Source: an uncultured Marinoscillum sp. (lineage in GTDB: Bacteria > Bacteroidota > Bacteroidia > Cytophagales > MED-G16). Taken from it: a stretch of DNA of 64,000 bases. Positions within the stretch are counted from its first letter, which is position 1. Each line of letters begins with the position of its first letter. The stretch covers positions 3,592 through 67,591 of the forward strand of contig CACOMW010000005.1 in NCBI GenBank assembly GCA_902628365.1, in the 5' to 3' direction. A model generated the notes under the pieces. It ran no database searches. It saw nothing but the letters and a program-made list of their open reading frames with translations, and was not told the origin of the DNA. Both the position numbers and the translations under genes were made by a program. Positions 29,842 through 37,659 of this stretch are shown here, in pieces.

Positions 29842-29865
29842 AAAACCTCAGAATCCTGAGGTTTT
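29842..29865. terminator. bidirectional rho-independent terminator (TPR gene / tRNA-Val)
   Basis: AACCTCAG (29844-51) pairs with CTGAGGTT (29856-63) around a 4-nt loop. An A-run lies upstream and a T-run downstream, so it can work on both strands. Confidence 0.7.
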
Positions 29866-29870
29866 ATCAG

Positions 29871-29945
29871 TGGGCCCTGCTGGATTCGAACCAGCGACCC
29901 CCTGCTTGTAAGGCAGGTGCTCTGAACCAGCTGAGCTAAGAGCCC
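29871..29945 (-). tRNA. tRNA-Val (anticodon UAC), CCA not encoded
   Basis: The reverse complement GGGCTCTTAGCTCAGCTGGTTCAGAGCACCTGCCTTACAAGCAGGGGGTCGCTGGTTCGAATCCAGCAGGGCCCA folds as a cloverleaf. It has a 7-bp acceptor stem (GGGCTCT/AGGGCCC), anticodon stem CCTGC/GCAGG with loop CTTACAA, and a GGTTCGAATCC T-arm. Confidence 0.93.
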
Positions 29946-29957
29946 AAATTTAGTCAG

Positions 29958-29965
29958 CAAATATA
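29958..29965 (-). promoter_or_regulatory. candidate -7 promoter box (TATATTTG) for tRNA-Val
   Basis: Plus-strand CAAATATA is the reverse complement of TATATTTG. It ends 12 nt upstream of the tRNA 5' end. Confidence 0.4.
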
Positions 29966-30061
29966 ATTAGCTTATTATGATTCTAAATGATTTTTCAATA
30001 AAAATCGAATGCTTTTAATAACTGAATATTTCTAATTTAAGATGTAATAATATAATTTATC

Positions 30062-30069
30062 TATATTTG
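30062..30069 (+). promoter_or_regulatory. candidate -7 promoter box (TATATTTG) for the NTF2-ABM lipoprotein gene
   Basis: Perfect TAnnTTTG match ending 26 nt upstream of ATG 30096. Confidence 0.4.
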
Positions 30070-30095
30070 CTTTCTTTTAAATTTAAAGTATATAT

Positions 30096-30887
30096 ATGAA
30101 AAAATTATTATTAATGGTTTGTTTAGTGGTTTTCTTTGGGTGTGAAACATCTCATAAAGACTATGAAGCAAATAAAAAAGTTGCTCAGCAATGGGTAAAA
30201 GCTTTTGAGACAAGTAATTTTGATTTATGGAAAGAAGTTGTCTCAGAAGATTTACTTGACCAAGCACCCATGTATGGAATGGGTCAAGTTAATTATGACG
30301 TATCAGCTCAGGTTGCTGAGTTTTATACTAATAATTATAGAAATGTTAAATTTCACAATGATACCTGGTTGCCAGGAATCGATACTGTTACAATGAAACC
30401 TGACGGGAGCGTAAGGGCTTATGGTACATGGACAGGAGAAAGTATTTCTACTGGTAGGACATTCTCTTTAGATTCTTATCATTATTTCACATTTAAAGAT
30501 GGAAAAATTGCTTCTTCTGGAGAATTTTTTGATGCAACAGGCATGGTAAATGCTGTTGGACCAGTAGACAGAAAAGTTGTTGTTGCAACTTTAGAAGTTA
30601 AAAAAGGTAAATATCAAGAAGTTAAGGACTTATTAGATTCCAAAGATGGATTACCAACAACTAGAGCTTATGAAGGTTGTTCTCATCTAGAAGCATTTTT
30701 TAATGAAGAAACAAATAAGTTTTTTATAATTGAACATTGGGATTCTTTTGAGAGCTATCAAACGTATCTTGATTGGAGATTAAATGAGGATCCGAGTAAG
30801 ATTGCTCAAAAAGTTTCTTCTCATTTAGTTGGAGGATCAAACGGTTTAGTCCCACATACAAATAATATTGCATATAAATTTTATTGA
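30096..30887 (+). CDS. lipoprotein with N-terminal NTF2/SnoaL-like domain fused to C-terminal ABM (antibiotic-biosynthesis-monooxygenase-like) domain
   Basis: 263 aa with lipobox FFGC. The N-terminal half is paralogous to 15904/16438 (VRAYGTWTGESISTGRTFSLDSYHYFTFKDGKIASSGEFFD). The C-terminal ~95 aa, VVVATLEVKKGKYQEVKDLL...GCSHLEAFFNEETNKFFIIEHWDSFESYQTYLDWR, shows the classic ABM beta-alpha-beta pattern. Confidence 0.6.
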   Translation: MKKLLLMVCLVVFFGCETSHKDYEANKKVAQQWVKAFETSNFDLWKEVVSEDLLDQAPMYGMGQVNYDVSAQVAEFYTNNYRNVKFHNDTWLPGIDTVTMKPDGSVRAYGTWTGESISTGRTFSLDSYHYFTFKDGKIASSGEFFDATGMVNAVGPVDRKVVVATLEVKKGKYQEVKDLLDSKDGLPTTRAYEGCSHLEAFFNEETNKFFIIEHWDSFESYQTYLDWRLNEDPSKIAQKVSSHLVGGSNGLVPHTNNIAYKFY

Positions 30888-30910
30888 TAATATTGTTTTA
30901 ATAATAATAA

Positions 30911-30939
30911 AAAACCTTCTCAAATTGGGAAGGTTTTTT
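30911..30939. terminator. bidirectional terminator between convergent genes
   Basis: CCTTCTC (30915-21) pairs with GGGAAGG (30927-33) around a 5-nt loop, flanked by A4 upstream and T6 downstream. Confidence 0.65.
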
Positions 30940-30959
30940 ATTATTATACATATGCCATA

Positions 30960-31865
30960 TTAAAAAAATATCTCTTGAGCAAGTCTAAAAGTATTAGAGT
31001 GAGCTTCAACAATATCTTTTATTTTTTTTGAATATCCGCCACCCATACTGATTTGAATTGGTATTTTATTTTCCTTTGCAGCTCCTAAAACGATATTATC
31101 TCTTTCTTTACAAGCTTCTATTGATAAAGAAATTTTTCCAAGCTGATCACTTTCTAAAACATCAACTCCCGATAGATAGAAAATAAATTCTGGCTGAAAT
31201 TCATCAAGAACTTTAGGTAATATTTCATTTAATTTTTTTAAATAATAACGATCATTAGTAAAATCATCTAACGCTATATCCAAATCACTTTTCTCTTTTT
31301 TAAATGGATAATTATTTTTTCCATGGAATGATAAAGTAAATACATTATCATTATTTGAAAAAATTGAGGCTGTTCCATCGCCTTGATGAACATCTAAATC
31401 AAGAATTAATATTTTTTTAACATAATTATTTTCTAATAAAAAGTTTGCAGCAATAGCTTGATCGTTAAGCATACAAAAAGCACCCCCCCTATCATAAAAA
31501 GCATGATGAGTTCCTCCAGCTATATTCATTGAAACCATATTCTTTAATGCATGAATAGAACAATCAATGGATCCTTGAGCAATTATTCTTTCTCTTTTTA
31601 TAAGAGTTTTGGACATAGGAAACCCAATAGGTCTGATTTCATCTTTTGAAAGAGATAAAGATATGAGTCTATTATAATAATTCTTTTCATGAGTTAGTAA
31701 AGCATTCTCATTACTTAAAGGATTAGGAGAAAAAAAATTATTTGATCTGCAGGAACCTTCCCTTATTAATTGCTCAGGAATCAATTCATATTTTTCCATT
31801 GGAAACCTATGATTTTTATCTAACTGATACTCATATATTTTATCAAAAGCAATTTTAAGCATCAA
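30960..31865 (-). CDS. histone-deacetylase-family (Zn-dependent deacetylase / acetylpolyamine amidohydrolase-like) protein
   Basis: 301 aa with GGTHHAFYDRGGAFCMLND and LDLDVHQGDGT (the HDAC catalytic His-His and metal-binding Asp/His motifs). Confidence 0.8.
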   Translation of the reverse strand: MMLKIAFDKIYEYQLDKNHRFPMEKYELIPEQLIREGSCRSNNFFSPNPLSNENALLTHEKNYYNRLISLSLSKDEIRPIGFPMSKTLIKRERIIAQGSIDCSIHALKNMVSMNIAGGTHHAFYDRGGAFCMLNDQAIAANFLLENNYVKKILILDLDVHQGDGTASIFSNNDNVFTLSFHGKNNYPFKKEKSDLDIALDDFTNDRYYLKKLNEILPKVLDEFQPEFIFYLSGVDVLESDQLGKISLSIEACKERDNIVLGAAKENKIPIQISMGGGYSKKIKDIVEAHSNTFRLAQEIFF

Positions 31866-31885
31866 ATAACATTATTAATTAAAAA

Positions 31886-32833
31886 TTACCTTAATCCATC
31901 AAGATTATATCTAGATAAATAATTCCAAATTAATTGATCAGCATCAATATCTCCATTAGTATATCCTTTTGATGAATTTGAATTTATTTTAGGCCAACTA
32001 TGACCGCCACCAATAATTTTATAATGCTCTACAGTAGTTCCATTAGATCCATTTTTCCATGAATGTAATTCTACCGTGCTTCCATCAGAAGTATTGATAT
32101 TATCAATTTGAGATATAATTGGCAATGAGTCTGTAGAATTAATTTTTGACCAATAATCATTAGAATTTTGCTGAGAAATATAATAATTACCAATACCATT
32201 ATAATTATCTTCTGTTCCATGAATATTTATTATTGGTGTTGGATGAGATGGATAACATGAATTAAAAGTATCAATAAACATATGTCCTGCTACTACACCA
32301 ATACCTGCAATTTTATCATTCATTATACATGCAATTTCATAAGCAAGGTAAGCTCCGTTAGAAAAACCAATTACATAAATCCTTGTCTGATCAATTGAAT
32401 AAATTGAAGATAATTCATCGATTATTTTTCCAACAAATCCAACATCATCAACTTCGGTCGATTTTGAATTTTCCCCACCTAAATGCCAGGTAGGATTACC
32501 ACTATTATCAGAAGTTGCTTGAGGGTAAATAAGAATAAAACTTTCATTTTCAGCAATGGATCTCATATCACTTACATATTCCATATATGTTTGAGCTGTT
32601 GAAGCTCCTCCATGTAAGTTAAATAAAATCGGATGTTTAACTGATGAACTATAATTAGTAGGAACATATAAGTTAAATTCTCTTTTTATTCCATCATGAT
32701 CAATATTTTGTTTTGTTAATCCAGTTTGAAAAACGAAATTCTCTTCGATATTACAAGAAGTGAGCAAATAAAAAAAAGAAAGGAGGAAAGTTTTTCTTAA
32801 TATAAATAGATGAACATGAAAATGAAATATCAT
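31886..32833 (-). CDS. secreted alpha/beta-hydrolase esterase (PHB-depolymerase / CE1-like family)
   Basis: 315 aa with a signal/lipobox-like N-terminus (LLTSC). HGGASTAQ oxyanion region, nucleophile elbow GFSNGA and late HG/GGHSWP motifs. Confidence 0.65.
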   Translation of the reverse strand: MIFHFHVHLFILRKTFLLSFFYLLTSCNIEENFVFQTGLTKQNIDHDGIKREFNLYVPTNYSSSVKHPILFNLHGGASTAQTYMEYVSDMRSIAENESFILIYPQATSDNSGNPTWHLGGENSKSTEVDDVGFVGKIIDELSSIYSIDQTRIYVIGFSNGAYLAYEIACIMNDKIAGIGVVAGHMFIDTFNSCYPSHPTPIINIHGTEDNYNGIGNYYISQQNSNDYWSKINSTDSLPIISQIDNINTSDGSTVELHSWKNGSNGTTVEHYKIIGGGHSWPKINSNSSKGYTNGDIDADQLIWNYLSRYNLDGLR

Positions 32834-32862
32834 AAGATAAAAATTAACACTTACTTGACGTT

Positions 32863-32870
32863 TAAATTTG
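32863..32870 (+). promoter_or_regulatory. candidate -7 promoter box (TAAATTTG) for the six-gene array
   Basis: Matches TAnnTTTG within the 125-nt divergent region. It ends 88 nt upstream of ATG 32959. Motif match only. Confidence 0.3.
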
Positions 32871-32958
32871 ATAAAATAAAAATCTGTTATTATTTTTAAT
32901 TTTTACGATTTTATTCCCAAAAGTGTTTAAAGTTTTTTTTAATTAAAATTATAATACA

Positions 32959-33654
32959 ATGAAAAATTTATTTATTGGATTGTTTACTATTATAATAGTA
33001 TTCCAATCTAAAGCACAGCAAGTATATTGGAATTGTTTTAATATAGTTGTTGATAATCCAACTGAATTAGTTACTGCGCTAGACGCATTCATGGAGAATA
33101 CTGATGCTGGAAAAAGTTTTACCCCAGCTTCTTTAACTGAAATGAGAAACTATGGAACTAAGTATTCAGCTACTCATCAATTATGTTTCTTTTCCCCTGA
33201 CCCAGCATCATTAGAAGCAAATAGAAGTAAACTAAATAATTTACAAGCAGGGGTCCTTATGGGCGTTTGGAACAAAACTGTAACAGTTGAATCATCAATT
33301 CTTGGTCAATCACTAATTGCTGATCCTTCAAAATTCAATTTACCATATGGTGTTATCTATTCATTGCAAGTATCAGATCCAATCGCTTATGGTGCTGCAT
33401 TTTCAAAAATGATATCAGCAGTTGAATACGATGGAGCAATAGAATTGCATGAAGCATTGGTTGGTGGCGAAACAGGAGTGACCCATTATGTTGTTGTTAG
33501 AACGAAAGATATGGCTACATGGATAAGAGAGAGAAACAAGATAAATGCATCTAAAGCATTTCAGGATTTTGTAGTTGCGACAAGTTCTATTTCTAACAGA
33601 TCTGCAGTAGATATTTTCTCTGGCATGTTAGTTAAGCAATATAACGTACAATAA
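32959..33654 (+). CDS. exported protein of unknown function, array member A (double alpha+beta repeat)
   Basis: 231 aa. Signal peptide with predicted cleavage KA|QQ. Paralogue of 34558..35244. No family recognised. Confidence 0.75.
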   Translation: MKNLFIGLFTIIIVFQSKAQQVYWNCFNIVVDNPTELVTALDAFMENTDAGKSFTPASLTEMRNYGTKYSATHQLCFFSPDPASLEANRSKLNNLQAGVLMGVWNKTVTVESSILGQSLIADPSKFNLPYGVIYSLQVSDPIAYGAAFSKMISAVEYDGAIELHEALVGGETGVTHYVVVRTKDMATWIRERNKINASKAFQDFVVATSSISNRSAVDIFSGMLVKQYNVQ

Positions 33655-33758
33655 GTATTTACTATTTGGATTTAATCCAAATAATATATAATTTGGCTTC
33701 CCTTTCTTTTTAGAAAGGGGAGCAAATTGTTTCTTAAAAGATAAAATTAAAGGGTATC

Positions 33759-34538
33759 ATGAAATACTACACACTAACGCTATTATTAATTTTTTGTTCT
33801 AGTTTGGTATACGGACAAGCTATATCAATTAGATATATTACCGCTAAAAAAGGAGAAAATTCTCAATTAAGAGAAGCATTAAAAATAAAGACTCAGAAGT
33901 ATAATACTAAGGATAATCAACCAAAAATTTATACTTTCGCAGTAAGGGCCAGTCAAAAAGGAAAGTTATCCAGTTATGTTAGACTTACCTATGCTCCTAC
34001 TCTTGGTGAATTATCTATTGGAGGATCTGGGCAGCCTGGAATGATGGAATATTGGATGAAAAATGTTGATGTACACATAAGTACATCATCCTCAAATGAA
34101 ATTTTTACACTTAGAAAAAGCGCTACATATAATGATGCTATTGGAACTGATAAACCAATGAGAAGAGTTTTTCATTATAATATAAAGCATGGCGAGCAAC
34201 ATAACTTTTGGAGAATAAGAGATAACCTTCCAAAAGCTATTGAAAAATCAGGAGTTGATCTTGACATCAATGCATTTAATTCTTTTGCTGGCGGCTCAAG
34301 ACAACACGCACGAATTGTAATTTTTGGGAAAAATTTAGCAAGCTTTGAACCTGGATCTGGTAATTGGTCAAAAATAAAAGATGCTTATAATGAAATTTAT
34401 GGTAATAATTCATGGGAAGAAGATTGGGAACTACATCATAAAAGTCTTCTAAATGGTGCATACGGGAGTGGTTGGGGAAATTCAGTTGAATTACTTGAAT
34501 TTATTCCTGAGTTAAGTTCTCCATTATTAGATAATTAA
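33759..34538 (+). CDS. exported protein of unknown function, array member B
   Basis: 259 aa. Signal peptide with predicted cleavage YG|QA. Paralogue of 35277..36035 (shared KTQKYN, HYNI, FWRIR, YNEIYG, SWEEDW, FIPELSSP). Confidence 0.75.
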   Translation: MKYYTLTLLLIFCSSLVYGQAISIRYITAKKGENSQLREALKIKTQKYNTKDNQPKIYTFAVRASQKGKLSSYVRLTYAPTLGELSIGGSGQPGMMEYWMKNVDVHISTSSSNEIFTLRKSATYNDAIGTDKPMRRVFHYNIKHGEQHNFWRIRDNLPKAIEKSGVDLDINAFNSFAGGSRQHARIVIFGKNLASFEPGSGNWSKIKDAYNEIYGNNSWEEDWELHHKSLLNGAYGSGWGNSVELLEFIPELSSPLLDN

Positions 34539-34557
34539 ACTTAAAATTAAAATAACT

Positions 34558-35244
34558 ATGAAAAAATCAATTATAATTTTGATTATACTATTTGCACATT
34601 TAAACGTTTTTTCACAAGAATATGTGTGGACTGTATATAATATTAAAGTAGACAGAGTTAATGCAGGACAAGTTGTTACTGCAATGGATAAATACCTTTC
34701 AAAACCAGGAAATTTAGTAGATGGTGTCACTGTATCTTTATTTGAAATAATGTTTGCCAGTAATGATATGGATGCAACACATGTGATTGCTTTTACAGGT
34801 AGTGCAGATGCTATGAATGCTCAATATTCTAGAGAGACTGGTGATGATTGGAAAGTATTAATGAGTACATTTGATCAAGTGACTAAAAGTGATGGATCAG
34901 CTGCAGGTAGATCTATTCATACAATAAATACTGGTGCAGAAGGTCCAATGCAACATATCATACAAATGAAAGTTGATGAACCACAGAAATATGCTCCTGC
35001 ATTTAAAAAAATGTGGTCTACAGTAAAGCCTAGTGGGAGGTTAACTTTAGGTCAATTTATTAGTGGTAGAAAAGATGGAGTTTCTCATTATATTTTAATA
35101 TCAAGAAATAATTTAAAAGATCTTCTTTCTCCAAGAGAGTGGAACACTAAAGAGCAAGCAGCATGGGATAAGTATAGAGAAGAAAGAGGTGATTCTGAAA
35201 TTATCACTACAATGACAAGAGCATTGGTTAAACAATGGAAATAA
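34558..35244 (+). CDS. exported protein of unknown function, array member A'
   Basis: 228 aa with predicted cleavage FS|QE. Shares YVWTVYNIKVD, ATHVIAFT, GVSHYILISR and ALVKQWK with member A. Confidence 0.75.
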   Translation: MKKSIIILIILFAHLNVFSQEYVWTVYNIKVDRVNAGQVVTAMDKYLSKPGNLVDGVTVSLFEIMFASNDMDATHVIAFTGSADAMNAQYSRETGDDWKVLMSTFDQVTKSDGSAAGRSIHTINTGAEGPMQHIIQMKVDEPQKYAPAFKKMWSTVKPSGRLTLGQFISGRKDGVSHYILISRNNLKDLLSPREWNTKEQAAWDKYREERGDSEIITTMTRALVKQWK

Positions 35245-35276
35245 TTTTTTTAAACTAAAACTAAATTTATAATACA

Positions 35277-36035
35277 ATGAAATACATATATTTTATAATA
35301 ATTACGTTATTTATATCCTTTGAAGGATTATCCCAATCATCAGTTGTATGGTTGAGTTATCATAAACCTATGAAAGGAAAAGGAATGGAGTTGTCAAATG
35401 CTATTAAAGATAAAACACAAAAATATAATCAAGGACAAAATGATTCGAAACTATATACTTTTAGTGTTATGGCTGGACCAAGACAAGGAGAGTTTTTAAG
35501 AGTGGGTATGGGTCCAACTTGGAAGGACTTTGATAACTGGAGCCCAGATTCAAAGGAGATGGATTATTGGAGAGATAATGTTGCACCTCTGATTGAATCA
35601 TCTTCTGGAAGGGAATATTTTGAGAGAGTTGATGCTGCAAGTTATGATATGAGCAAACCAGGAGAAAATAGTGTTGGATTAATGATTCACTACAATATAG
35701 GAGGTAATCCAAATCATTTTTGGAAGGTAAGAAGAAATGCTGTTAAAGCAATTAAAGAATCAGGGGAAAGTGTTACGATGAATGTTTGGAGATCTGCAGG
35801 TGGAGGCCCACAAAATCATATAATTGTAGCGTTTTCATACAAAAATATGGAAGAGTATGGTAACGCTCAGAAAGTTTGGGATAAAGTAGGTGCAAAATAT
35901 GACGAAATTTATGGGGCTGGATCATGGAATACTGATTGGGGACTTTTGAGAGGGAGCCTTGAAATGTGGGGTGCTCAAACTGAGATTACGAGGTTTCTAC
36001 CAGAACTAAGTTCTCCTCCAATAGCTTTGCAATAA
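35277..36035 (+). CDS. exported protein of unknown function, array member B'
   Basis: 252 aa with predicted cleavage LS|QS. Shares motifs with member B (KTQKYN, HYNI, FWKVR, AIKESG, YDEIYG, SWNTDW, FLPELSSP). Confidence 0.75.
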   Translation: MKYIYFIIITLFISFEGLSQSSVVWLSYHKPMKGKGMELSNAIKDKTQKYNQGQNDSKLYTFSVMAGPRQGEFLRVGMGPTWKDFDNWSPDSKEMDYWRDNVAPLIESSSGREYFERVDAASYDMSKPGENSVGLMIHYNIGGNPNHFWKVRRNAVKAIKESGESVTMNVWRSAGGGPQNHIIVAFSYKNMEEYGNAQKVWDKVGAKYDEIYGAGSWNTDWGLLRGSLEMWGAQTEITRFLPELSSPPIALQ

Positions 36036-36065
36036 TTTATTAGTATAATTTAGAAATAAATCAAA

Positions 36066-36833
36066 ATGAGAGTTTTATTTACTATTATTTTAATTGGGTT
36101 ATTATCAGGAGTTATTTATGCTCAAGATAATAATATGGATCCAACAGATCATGAGATTGCTACTTGGCAATTTAGGAGCATTAGTCCAAGTGATGTGGCT
36201 AATTTTTTATCAAATGAAGATAATGTTTTTAGAAAAGCTGTTAAATCAGCTATTGCAGATGGAAGAATGAGACATTGGGGTTTATTAAGAAAAGTTAATG
36301 GTAATACATCCTCAGGTCATAACTATTTTTTTTATAATGGTTTTGATAAAATAACTGATTTAGATAACTCCCCGTGGGGTGCTGGCTCTAGTTTTGGATT
36401 AAAACCAGTAAAGTCAGCTGGTGTATTGGGAACTGTTCATACATCTCCTTCTATTCAAGTATTTGCTGATAATCCAAAGCCTGGAAACTATATTGTTATA
36501 AACTATGCGAATCCTAAAGATTTAAATAAATTTATTCAATTGCAAAATGATGTTTGGAAACCATTCATTAAAAATTTTATTAATGATGCAGAATCTTCAT
36601 TGGCCGGATGGGAAGTACATAGGGTTGTTTCTCCCACAGGAAATGCTTATAACTGGAATGTTGCTACAATTGATCATTATACAAGTTTAAGTGGTGCTAT
36701 GAACCCTTTTCCTAATGGTTTTGATTGGCCTGAAGGCTTAGAAGAAATTAATAATCTTCTTCCAAATGGAAAATTTACTAGATCGGTTATTTATGAAGTT
36801 GTCTTCTATGAGGGACCTGATGCTAGTAAATAA
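36066..36833 (+). CDS. exported protein of unknown function, array member C
   Basis: 255 aa with predicted cleavage YA|QD. Paralogue of the next gene (GRMRHWGLLRKV, GNYIVINYANPKDLN, LLPNGKF). Confidence 0.75.
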   Translation: MRVLFTIILIGLLSGVIYAQDNNMDPTDHEIATWQFRSISPSDVANFLSNEDNVFRKAVKSAIADGRMRHWGLLRKVNGNTSSGHNYFFYNGFDKITDLDNSPWGAGSSFGLKPVKSAGVLGTVHTSPSIQVFADNPKPGNYIVINYANPKDLNKFIQLQNDVWKPFIKNFINDAESSLAGWEVHRVVSPTGNAYNWNVATIDHYTSLSGAMNPFPNGFDWPEGLEEINNLLPNGKFTRSVIYEVVFYEGPDASK

Positions 36834-36865
36834 ATATTAATTTTTAGATTAAATTAAATTTTTAA

Positions 36866-37612
36866 ATGAAACATATATTTATAACATTAATAATAATATT
36901 TAGTTCATTCGTATTAAAAGCTCAAGAAGTATTTTTCCTTCATGCAGTTAAAGTTCATGAAGATAGAGTTGAAAGTTTTGAGGAAATACAGAAGAACTAT
37001 GCTAGAGAACTTGCTCAAGATGCAAAAAAAGATGGTGTCTTGAAAGACTGGGTTTTATTGAAACCAGTAGAGTTTATGGGTGAGTCTACTGAACAAGAAT
37101 ACAATTATGTATGGGTGCACATATTTAATGATGTTAACCAAATGGTTAATAGAACAACATGGTGGGACAAGTCAAAAGAAAAATTTGGTATAGAACCATC
37201 TATTTTATTTAGAGAGGATCTTGAGAAAAGCGGGTATTGGTATTGGAAAACTGAAAAGCAAATTGAAACAGGAAATATGGGAAAATACGTCATATTTAAT
37301 TGGGCAACCCCCACTGACGTAAATCAAGCTGTTTCACTAGCCGATGAGATTTCTGAGACATTTAAACGCAGAATGAAAAATGTTGGTATGACAGAATGGG
37401 GTGTTGCAACTAAAATTATGCCACAAGGATTAGATAATTCTACAATATTCTTTTGGGATGCTTATGAAACATTTGAAGGAGCGGTTAAGCATCTAATGAA
37501 TGATGCTGTTCTTAAGGATATAGATGGGGAAATGTTTGAAAAGTTTTTCAAACTTATGCCAAACGGGTGGGATAATCGAATGATTTTTGAACCAGTCACC
37601 TCCACCAACTAA
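36866..37612 (+). CDS. exported protein of unknown function, array member C'
   Basis: 248 aa with predicted cleavage KA|QE. Shares GVLKDWVLLKPV, GKYVIFNWATPTDVN and LMPNGWD with member C. Confidence 0.75.
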   Translation: MKHIFITLIIIFSSFVLKAQEVFFLHAVKVHEDRVESFEEIQKNYARELAQDAKKDGVLKDWVLLKPVEFMGESTEQEYNYVWVHIFNDVNQMVNRTTWWDKSKEKFGIEPSILFREDLEKSGYWYWKTEKQIETGNMGKYVIFNWATPTDVNQAVSLADEISETFKRRMKNVGMTEWGVATKIMPQGLDNSTIFFWDAYETFEGAVKHLMNDAVLKDIDGEMFEKFFKLMPNGWDNRMIFEPVTSTN

Positions 37613-37622
37613 ATAAATAATT

Positions 37623-37652
37623 AAAAAAACCATCCATCAGGATGGTTTTTTT
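37623..37652. terminator. bidirectional terminator closing the array and the murF operon
   Basis: ACCATCC (37629-35) pairs with GGATGGT (37640-46) around a 4-nt loop, flanked by A7 and T7. Confidence 0.75.
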
Positions 37653-37659
37653 AATATAG

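Noticed and set aside
29745-29960. 71-aa minus-strand ORF in the track.
   Set aside because: It is superimposed on tRNA-Val (29871-29945) and on the 3' end of the TPR gene, so it is an artefact of the tRNA sequence being open.
30061-30396. ORFs at 30061-30267 (-) and 30205-30396 (+, other frame) overlapping the NTF2-ABM lipoprotein gene.
   Set aside because: The 263-aa frame has a lipobox, recognisable domains, a promoter box and a terminator. The overlapping ORFs have none of these.
29871-32833. tRNA-Val as an integration site, with the flanking accessory genes as a genomic island.
   Set aside because: I saw no integrase, recombinase or transposase and no direct repeat of the tRNA 3' end on either side. 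The flanks are bounded by ordinary terminators and promoters.
34276-37314. Antisense ORFs inside the six-gene array (34276-34461, 34527-34730, 35467-35712, 37105-37314).
   Set aside because: All are contained in, or straddle, the plus-strand paralogue genes, whose reading frames are validated by paralogy. No separate signals support them.
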